From Candidatus Krumholzibacteriia bacterium (GTDB taxonomy: Bacteria > Krumholzibacteriota > Krumholzibacteriia > LZORAL124-64-63): DNA of 10,474 nucleotides. The notes beneath the pieces were generated by a model. That model was not told the DNA's origin, did not search any database, and saw nothing but the letters and a program-made list of their open reading frames with translations. The position numbers were made by a program, and so were the translations under genes. The number at the start of each line of letters is the position of its first letter. The first letter of the stretch is position 1. Below, piece by piece: positions 1 through 6,356 of the stretch. The DNA lies in contig JAZBOO010000020.1 of the NCBI GenBank assembly GCA_036351155.1, positions 1 through 10,474 on the forward strand. Reading direction: 5' to 3'.

Positions 1-1206
1 ATCGTAGGCGCCCTGCTGTGCGGTCAGCTCGGGCAGGCGGCTGCTGTACATACCCGCCGAGTCGGTCAGAGGCATGAAGATGATGTCGCGGCCGTCCATG
101 TCGTAGTACTTGGCGGTCTGGATGGCCGACACCAGGTTGCAGATGCTGCTGATACCCAGGAGAGGCAGCTGTTCGATGACGTCGGCGGGGACACCCTTCT
201 CGGCCAGCAGATCATGCCCCTTCTCTTCGTTGAACAGGCGCAGCAGGTCCATGCACTGCTCGTCGTCCACGGCGCTGATCATGTCCGTATTGCGGACGTT
301 GTGCACCCAGGGCACGTGCTTGTCGCCGATGCCCTCGATGCGGTGGCCGCCGAATCCGCAGGAGAACAGAGTGGGGCACTGCAGCGCTTCCACCGCGGTG
401 ACAATCATTTCGGGATGCTTGGTCTTCAGGAAATCACCGGCGGCGATGGTGCCGGCCGAACCGGTGCTGGAAATGTAAGCGCCCATGCGCTGGCCGGGCT
501 CGGCCAGCTTCTCATAGAGTTCCTGGATGATGGAGCCCGTCACATTGTAATGCCAGATGGGATTGCCGAACTCGTCGAACTGATTGAAGATCACGCACTC
601 GGGCCGCGTGTTCCGGATTTCCCAGCATTTGTCGTAGATTTCCTTGACGTTGCTCTCGCAACCGGGCGTGGCGATGACCTCGTCCGCCACGTTCTTCAGC
701 CAGTCGAAACGCTCCTGGCTCATTTCCTCGGGAAGAATGGCCACCGACTGGCACCCGAGCAGCTTCGAATCGAAGGCGCCGCCCCGACAGTAGTTGCCGG
801 TGCTGGGCCAGACGGCCTTCTGGGTGGTGGGGTCGAACTGGCCGGTGACCAGCCGCGGCACCAGGCAGCCGAAGGCCGCGCCCACCTTGTGCGCACCGGT
901 GGGGAACCACTTGCCCACCAGACCGATCACCCGTGCGTCCACACCGGTCAAGGACGAGGGAAACTCGATCCAGTTGCCATCGTTGAACAGACCGGTTTCC
1001 GGGTCGTTCTTCCACGTGATGCGGAACAGGTTCAGCGGGTCGAAATCCCACAGCCCCACCTTGGTCAGCTTTTCTTTGATGTCGGCGGGAATCAGCGAGG
1101 GGTCCTTCATCATGGCCAGGGTCGGAATGATGATCCCTTTCTCCTTGCAACGCGCAGCAGCCTTGGCAACAACGTCTTCATTGATCTTGCTGAGGGTCAT
1201 GTCCAT
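1..1206 (-). CDS. PLP-dependent enzyme, fold type II (cysteine synthase / TrpB / threonine dehydratase superfamily, 'PLP-dependent protein subunit beta'); 3' end lies beyond the window
   Basis: Manual minus-strand translation from ATG 1206 (SD GGAGAA at 1216-1211) stays open to base 1 (402 codons): MDMTLSKINEDVVAKAAARCKEKGIIIPTL...VGKWFPTGAHKVGAAFGCLVPRLVTGQFDP...AVWPSTGNYCRGGA...NQFDEFGN...ISSTGSAGTIAAG...GHRIEGIG. It has the PLP-lysine motif TGAHK (K codon 886-888), the STGN substrate loop, the TGSAGT phosphate loop and the HRIEGIG motif of cysteine-synthase-like enzymes. It has no stop codon inside the window, which likely explains its absence from the ORF track. Confidence 0.9.
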   Translation of the reverse strand, partial: MDMTLSKINEDVVAKAAARCKEKGIIIPTLAMMKDPSLIPADIKEKLTKVGLWDFDPLNLFRITWKNDPETGLFNDGNWIEFPSSLTGVDARVIGLVGKWFPTGAHKVGAAFGCLVPRLVTGQFDPTTQKAVWPSTGNYCRGGAFDSKLLGCQSVAILPEEMSQERFDWLKNVADEVIATPGCESNVKEIYDKCWEIRNTRPECVIFNQFDEFGNPIWHYNVTGSIIQELYEKLAEPGQRMGAYISSTGSAGTIAAGDFLKTKHPEMIVTAVEALQCPTLFSCGFGGHRIEGIGDKHVPWVHNVRNTDMISAVDDEQCMDLLRLFNEEKGHDLLAEKGVPADVIEQLPLLGISSICNLVSAIQTAKYYDMDGRDIIFMPLTDSAGMYSSRLPELTAQQGAYD

Positions 1207-1294
1207 GGGTTTCTCCAAGCGTTTCCAGTTTATGCCGGCCTCGAAATCGGCCGTTTCGACCTTCAAGAACAGGGACTTCTTCACCTTGTTAATT

Positions 1295-1323
1295 AATATG
1301 TCATGTTTCGGCCAGCAGGTCCA
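1295..1323 (-). promoter_or_regulatory. Possible sigma70-type promoter for the PLP-enzyme gene
   Basis: The minus strand reads TGGACC-17 bp-CATATT with TG-n before the -10 (extended -10). A-tracts lie just upstream (1328-1350, UP-element-like). The match is imperfect. Confidence 0.3.
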
Positions 1324-1364
1324 CAACTTTTTTGTATTTTATAAAATTTTTGTACTCGTTTATT

Positions 1365-1392
1365 TTGCAATACCTTAAGTGGTTGATATATT
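1365..1392 (+). promoter_or_regulatory. Probable sigma70-type promoter for the flavoprotein operon
   Basis: TTGCAA (1365-1370), a 16 bp spacer, then TATATT (1387-1392) preceded by TG-n (extended -10). It sits in the only AT-rich patch between two divergent genes. Confidence 0.5.
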
Positions 1393-1556
1393 GTTCAGCC
1401 CCACGGACCTGGCCCCACCTGCCAATTTATCGGCAACCGGTGCACTCGTTTCTTGCCGCTCACCGGGCCGGAGCTTAATTTTCGGCGGAGATCCCCTGCT
1501 GGGCCCCGAGCCGCACCTGCAGCTTGCGGGCCACCCCCTGACCGGAAGGGTGAGAG

Positions 1557-2978
1557 TTGTCCCACGACCGCGCGCGCATCACTTTCGAAGGCAAAACCAT
1601 GGAGTGCCGGGCCGACACCACGGTGGCCGTGGCCCTGTGGGAGAACGGCATCCGCCACCTTTCCCATTCCCACAAGTACGGCAACCACCGCGGCCTGACC
1701 TGCGCGCGGGGCCATTGCACCGCCTGCTTGATGCGGGTCGACGGGATTCCCAACGTGCGCACCTGCGAGCTGCCGATCCAAGACGGCATGAAGATCGAGA
1801 AGCAGGATGCCGGCGCCTTCTACGCCCCGCCCATGCAGAAGATGCTGAGCATCGGCGGCCGACTTTTTCCCGTGGGCTTTTATTACAAGTGGTTTACCAA
1901 GCCGGTTCCGGTCAGCCGCCTGTTCCTGGACACCATCCGCCCCTTGACCGGGGTGGGCCGTCTGCCCGAAAAAACCCACTTGCCCGAGCTGCCGGCCGCC
2001 CCCGAGGGCGACGATCCCGGCACCGCTCCAGCTACCGACCTGGGGCGCATCGACACCCTGATCATCGGCGCGGGTCCGGCCGGTCTGGAGCAGGCCCTCG
2101 AGGCCTCGGGTCAGCTGCTGGTGGTGGACGATCATGCCCAGCCCGGTGGACAGCGCTACCTGACCCTGAAAGAGCTGAACGGCCCCGATGGTCCCAACCT
2201 GGACCGTTTCCCGGTTCTGGCCGCCGCCTGGCGCAAGCTCGATCCCCTGGTCCAGCGGTTCCAGGCCGAACGCGGCACCGACTTCCGCGGCGGAGCCAAG
2301 GCCATCGCGGGTTATGCTCCCAGCGGAATCCTGCTGAAGGACCAGAACACCCTGCTGACGGCGACCTTTGGCCGACTGGTCTGGTCCGCCGGTGCCCTCG
2401 ACACCCTGGGACTCTTCCCGGGCAACGACACCCCCGGCCTGATCGGCCCCCGCGCCCTCTACCGCCTGCTGACCCGCGACGGCATGGACGTCCAGAACAA
2501 GCGTGTCCTGCTGGTGGGCAGCGGGCTGGACCTCTGGCTGTCGGCGGCGGTCCTGGCCCATCGCGGGGCCGTGGTCAGCCTGGTGGTCACCGGCAGTGGC
2601 TGGCAGTCGGAAGTTTCGGCCGCCGTGGACCTGGGCTGGCAGCTCACCACGGGGCTGCAGCTGGCCGAGGTCAAGCCCCTGGGTCACAACCGAATCGAGG
2701 CCGTGTTCACCCCCGGGCGCACCTCGCCGGGGCCCGCGGACAGCCAGCTGAGATTGCAGGCCGACTTCGCTGTCATTTGCCAGCGGGGCAAGCCCACGTA
2801 TGACATTCCCTACCAGCTGGGGGCCGACATGGTCAACCAGCCGGCGCGCGGTGGATTCACCTCCCCCGAACCCGAGGTGGAGCTAAGCGGTGGGTCCACC
2901 ATCGCCTTCCACGGCGAAGCCGCCGGTCTGCTCCCCGTTGATATGGCCACCCTGTCGCCCACATCGGAGATCCCATGA
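1557..2978 (+). CDS. [2Fe-2S]- and FAD/NAD-binding oxidoreductase alpha subunit (dye-linked L-proline dehydrogenase alpha / sarcosine oxidase alpha N-terminal-like)
   Basis: N-terminal Fer2_4-type domain ITFEGK...TVAVALW...RGLTCARGHCTACLMRVDGIPNVRTC (C-x4-C-x2-C-x12-C), a FPVGFYYKWF segment typical of SoxA/PdhA, Rossmann motif LIIGAGPAGL, then PGGQ and FPGNDTPG. TTG start after GAAGGGTGAGAG. The downstream ATG at 1599 would cut off the first beta-strands of the domain. Confidence 0.85.
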   Translation: MSHDRARITFEGKTMECRADTTVAVALWENGIRHLSHSHKYGNHRGLTCARGHCTACLMRVDGIPNVRTCELPIQDGMKIEKQDAGAFYAPPMQKMLSIGGRLFPVGFYYKWFTKPVPVSRLFLDTIRPLTGVGRLPEKTHLPELPAAPEGDDPGTAPATDLGRIDTLIIGAGPAGLEQALEASGQLLVVDDHAQPGGQRYLTLKELNGPDGPNLDRFPVLAAAWRKLDPLVQRFQAERGTDFRGGAKAIAGYAPSGILLKDQNTLLTATFGRLVWSAGALDTLGLFPGNDTPGLIGPRALYRLLTRDGMDVQNKRVLLVGSGLDLWLSAAVLAHRGAVVSLVVTGSGWQSEVSAAVDLGWQLTTGLQLAEVKPLGHNRIEAVFTPGRTSPGPADSQLRLQADFAVICQRGKPTYDIPYQLGADMVNQPARGGFTSPEPEVELSGGSTIAFHGEAAGLLPVDMATLSPTSEIP

Positions 2979-3280
2979 TCCGCCCCAAGACCTTCCTGTG
3001 CCGTTGCGAGGACGTCACCCTGGACGAGTTTCGCCAGGCTTTCCGTGAGGGCTTCTCCGAGATGGAATCGCTGAAGCGCTACACCGGCGTGGGCACCGGG
3101 TTCTGCCAGGGCAAGGGCTGTCTCAGCGAGGCGGCCTGCGAGCTGGCCGAGCTGCGCGACCTGGGGCCCGACCAGATCCGCCTGACCAACATCCGGCCTC
3201 CTGCCGAGTCGATGACCTTCGGTCAGCTGGCGGCCCTGGACATCCCCGACCCTGCTGAACAGCCGGAGGTGGAATCATGA
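2975..3280 (+). CDS. Small BFD-like [2Fe-2S]-binding protein (PdhX/delta-like; equivalent to the C-terminal domain of HcnB/OoxA)
   Basis: CRCEDVT...LKRYTGVGTGFCQGKGC...IRPP are the hallmark motifs of the Fer2_BFD/SoxA A3 domain. ATGA overlaps with both neighbouring genes. Confidence 0.88.
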   Translation: MIRPKTFLCRCEDVTLDEFRQAFREGFSEMESLKRYTGVGTGFCQGKGCLSEAACELAELRDLGPDQIRLTNIRPPAESMTFGQLAALDIPDPAEQPEVES

Positions 3281-4461
3281 TCCCCTTGTCCCAGGGACAG
3301 GTTCCCGGCACCGCCGATGCGGTGATCATCGGCGCGGGCATCAACGGTCTGGCCACCGCCTACGAGCTGGGCAAGCTGGGCCTGAAGAACATCGTCGTGG
3401 TGGAAAAGAGTTACATCGGCAGCGGCTCGACCGGCCGGTGCGGCGGCGGCATCCGTCAGCAGTGGACCACCAGGGAGAACATTCGCCTGGCTCAGGAAAG
3501 CGTGCGCATGTACGAGGACATGTCCGCCATGCTGGGCTATCAGGTGTTCTTCCGCCAGGGCGGCTACCTGATGATCACCGAGAGCGAAAAGGATCTGCCG
3601 GCCTTGAAGAAAGCGGTGGAGCTTCAGAACCAGTGCAACGTGCCCACCGAGTTCCTGCAGCCCGAAGACTGCTTGCGCATTGTTCCGGACCTGAACATCA
3701 GCAACCTGAAGGGCGCCACCTTCTGCCCCAAGGACGGCACGGCCTACCCCTTTGCCGTGGTCTGGGGCTATGCCAAGGCGTGCCACAAGATGGGCGTGAA
3801 AATATTCATCCGGACCGAGTTGACGGGGATCAACACCGACGAGGGCCGCATCCGGGGCGTGGAGACCGACCGCGGGCCCATCAGCACCCCCATTCTGATC
3901 AACTGCGCCGGCCCCTGGTCCCGTCACATCGCGGCCCAGGTGGGTGTGACTTTGCCCAACCGCCAGGAGCGCCACGAGATCATGGTCAGCGAGTCCATGA
4001 AACCGTTCCTGGACCCCATGGTGATCTCCATCACCAACGGCATCTATTTCAGCCAGAGCATGCGGGGGGAAATCGTGGGCGGCATCGGCGACCCCGCCGA
4101 GCCCCACTGGACCCAGCCCGAGCAGTTCGACACCCGCAGCCAGCTGCGGTTCGCCGTGCGCTTTGCCAAGGCCTTGACCGGCTACTATCCACGGGCTTCA
4201 CGGGTACGCATGATGCGTCAGTGGGCCGGCTTGTACGACGTGACCCCGGACCACCGCCCCATCCTGGGCGGCGTGGAGGGGCTGGACGGGTACTACCACA
4301 TCTGCGGGTTCAGTGGGCACGGTTTCATGCTCGGTCCGGTCACCGGCCAGCGCATGGCGCGGCACATCACCACCGGGCAGCCGGACGACATCATCACCAG
4401 CCTGTCCCTGGATCGGTTCGAAAAGGGTGAAATCCAGGCCGACGCGTTCGTGGTGGGCTAA
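3277..4461 (+). CDS. FAD-dependent oxidoreductase, DAO/glycine oxidase family (L-proline dehydrogenase beta / sarcosine oxidase beta-like catalytic subunit)
   Basis: VIIGAGINGLATAYEL dinucleotide fold, GSGSTGRCGGGIRQQW, WAGLYDVTPDHRPILG, GFSGHGFMLGP and a C-terminal RFEKGE. SD GGAGG lies before the ATGA overlap. Confidence 0.92.
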   Translation: MIPLSQGQVPGTADAVIIGAGINGLATAYELGKLGLKNIVVVEKSYIGSGSTGRCGGGIRQQWTTRENIRLAQESVRMYEDMSAMLGYQVFFRQGGYLMITESEKDLPALKKAVELQNQCNVPTEFLQPEDCLRIVPDLNISNLKGATFCPKDGTAYPFAVVWGYAKACHKMGVKIFIRTELTGINTDEGRIRGVETDRGPISTPILINCAGPWSRHIAAQVGVTLPNRQERHEIMVSESMKPFLDPMVISITNGIYFSQSMRGEIVGGIGDPAEPHWTQPEQFDTRSQLRFAVRFAKALTGYYPRASRVRMMRQWAGLYDVTPDHRPILGGVEGLDGYYHICGFSGHGFMLGPVTGQRMARHITTGQPDDIITSLSLDRFEKGEIQADAFVVG

Positions 4462-4465
4462 ACCA

Positions 4466-5380
4466 TCAGGGGCTGGGGACCAGATCGGCCAGAGCGTCTT
4501 CGACCTCGCCGTACTCGAACTTGAAGCCGCCCGCCTTCAACACGTTGGGCACCACCCGCTGGCTGGCCAGCAGGATGGCGGCCTTTTCCCCCAGCAGCAT
4601 TTTCAAGGCGAAGGCCGGAGCCGCCATGAACGAGGGCTTGCCCAGCCGGCGCCCCAGGGCCTGGGCAAATTCCTTCTGTCGCGGCGGCGTGGGCACCGAA
4701 GCATTCAGGGCCCCCGAGAGCTGCTCCTGATCCAGGCAGAACATAAAGACCCGCACCAGATCATCGATGTGGATCCAGGGAAAGTACTGGTTGCCGCTGC
4801 CCAGCGGCCCACCCAGGCCGAACTTGTAGGGCAGCATCATCTTGGGCAGGGCACCCCCCTCGGCTGCCAGGACCACCCCGATGCGCACCAGCACCACCCG
4901 CACATGCTCGGACTCGGCCTGCTGCGCCGTGTGCTCCCACTCGCAGGCCAGACGCGCCAGGAACCCGTGGCCCGACTGGCTGTCCTCACCCAGGGCCCGG
5001 TCTTTCCCGTCGCCGTAGTACCCCGTGGCCGAGGCGCTGACCAGAACCGCGGGCGTCTCCCGCTCCTCCAGGCCCTGCACCAGGTTGAAGGTCGTCGACA
5101 GGCGCGAGCGCCGGATCCGCTTCTTCTTCTTCTTGGTCCAGTAGCCGTCTCCCACCGAATCGCCGGCCAGGTTGACCACCGCATCGCAGGAGGCAATGGC
5201 CTGTTGCCACTCCCCCGGCACCACGGCATTACCCTCGATGAGCTCCACCGCTTCGGGCAGAATGGACGCGGCCGACGCGGCATTGCGGGTCAAGCCCACC
5301 ACCTGGTCGCCTCGCTCCAGCAGGCGGGCAATGAGATGACGGCCCACCAATCCGGTGGCTCCGGTGACGAAGATTTTCAA
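4466..5380 (-). CDS. yfcH: TIGR01777-family NAD(P)-dependent epimerase/oxidoreductase (YfcH/SDR39U1-like)
   Basis: The real start is TTG at 5380 (SD GGAAAGGA upstream), giving MKIFVTGATGLVG...DAVVNLAG...SASATGYYG...FLARLACEWE...RIGVVL...GGAL...GLGGPLGSGNQYFPWIHIDD...LLASQRVVP (304 aa). The 694-aa track ORF includes a spurious N-terminal extension antisense to the next gene. Confidence 0.93.
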   Translation of the reverse strand: MKIFVTGATGLVGRHLIARLLERGDQVVGLTRNAASAASILPEAVELIEGNAVVPGEWQQAIASCDAVVNLAGDSVGDGYWTKKKKKRIRRSRLSTTFNLVQGLEERETPAVLVSASATGYYGDGKDRALGEDSQSGHGFLARLACEWEHTAQQAESEHVRVVLVRIGVVLAAEGGALPKMMLPYKFGLGGPLGSGNQYFPWIHIDDLVRVFMFCLDQEQLSGALNASVPTPPRQKEFAQALGRRLGKPSFMAAPAFALKMLLGEKAAILLASQRVVPNVLKAGGFKFEYGEVEDALADLVPSP

Positions 5381-5548
5381 GCTGATTCCTTTCCCGCAGG
5401 GTCCTCGGTGATCCGGCCAGGATAAGCCAGGCCGCACCGGGTGTCCACCGGTCTGGTGAAAGTTGATTCGCAGGACAAAAGGCGTATTTTTCCGGGAACA
5501 AGCTGGCAGCTCACGCGGGGCCGCCCTTTCCGATGACCGGGAGATGAC

Positions 5549-6355
5549 ATGGAATACCAGAATTTCGACGTGGAGATTGCCGAAGGATGTGCCCGGGTGA
5601 ATCTGGCCGGGCCGGGCGCCCCGGATCTGGCCCACCTGTGCGACGAGTTCACCGACCTGATGCTGCGGCTGGAAAAAGACACCGCCGTGCGGGTCATTCT
5701 CCTGATCGACGGGGACCATGCCTTTGACCTGCACCACAGCATGGACAGCCTGGCCGACCAGTTCCAGTCCGAGGGCGGATTCGAAACCCTGGCCGCCGAT
5801 GAGGAAATCGGACGGCGCATCGTCACCTTGATTGCCGAGTGCCCCAAACCCGTGGTCGCCGCCACCCGCGGCGACATCCGCCACGCCGGCTTCGGGTTCT
5901 ACATGGCGGCCGACATCAAGCTGGCCACACCGGAGGCCACTTTCACGGCCCCCGACATCATGGGCGGATTGATGCCCGGCTGGGGCCTGTCCCACACCCT
6001 GCCCCGGCTGGTGGGCCCGGGCCGCGCCCTGGAACTGCTGTGGTCCCGCCGCAGCGTGCTGGCGGCCGAGGCCTACACCCTGGGCCTGATCGATCGTCTG
6101 ATCGACGGCGAGGTCTGGGAAGAGGAAATCGAGCGTCTGATCGAGCGCCTGCGCAGCCTGCCGCAGCCGGTGGTCAAGCTGACCAAGCTGGGCGTGCAGC
6201 AAGCAGCCCAGCTGGACGCCACCACCATGCTTTCGTTTGACTGGGAAGGACAGCAGCAGTGCTGGTCCTCGCTGGAAACCGGTGAGGGACTGCGAGCCCG
6301 GCAGGAAGGGCGCATCCCCCGCTTCGACACTCCCCTGAGCGACGAGGAGGACTGA
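5549..6355 (+). CDS. Enoyl-CoA hydratase/isomerase (crotonase) superfamily protein with divergent active site
   Basis: D-x-x-VRVILL, CPKPVVAA, AADIKLA...ATF, GLMPGWGLSHTLPRLVGPGRALELL, AAEAYTLGLIDR and C-terminal EGLRARQEGRIPRF. SD GGGAG lies before the ATG. Confidence 0.88.
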   Translation: MEYQNFDVEIAEGCARVNLAGPGAPDLAHLCDEFTDLMLRLEKDTAVRVILLIDGDHAFDLHHSMDSLADQFQSEGGFETLAADEEIGRRIVTLIAECPKPVVAATRGDIRHAGFGFYMAADIKLATPEATFTAPDIMGGLMPGWGLSHTLPRLVGPGRALELLWSRRSVLAAEAYTLGLIDRLIDGEVWEEEIERLIERLRSLPQPVVKLTKLGVQQAAQLDATTMLSFDWEGQQQCWSSLETGEGLRARQEGRIPRFDTPLSDEED

Positions 6356-6356
6356 C

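Noticed and set aside
214..1296. 360-aa + strand ORF (also 110..478, 794..1378 and 512..1150)
   Set aside because: The 360-aa ORF is the codon-aligned antisense shadow of the PLP enzyme gene. The others are alternative-frame ORFs with no motifs, as expected in GC-rich coding DNA.
1207..1296. In-frame open extension upstream of the PLP gene and small hairpins (TCGAAATCGGCCGTTTCGA at 1241-1259)
   Set aside because: ATG 1206 has a good SD and the extension runs up to the predicted promoter. The hairpins are short and match no riboswitch I recognise.
1405..1460. Possible sigma54 -24/-12 sites (TGGC...TGC)
   Set aside because: None of the candidates checked has the required GG-N10-GC spacing.
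1379..2803. 474-aa Arg/Pro-rich + ORF and 430-aa - ORF (1395..2687)
   Set aside because: Off-frame and antisense shadows of the alpha-subunit gene. The composition is typical of GC-rich alternative frames.
5121..5135. (TTC)n trinucleotide run encoding KKKKK in yfcH
   Set aside because: Short and in frame, and it falls in the WTxxxKxxIxxSR helix normal for this family. Not a credible contingency locus.
3223..5425. ORFs 3223..4107 (-), 3438..4430 (+) and 4313..5425 (+)
   Set aside because: They overlap well-supported genes and have no recognisable domains.
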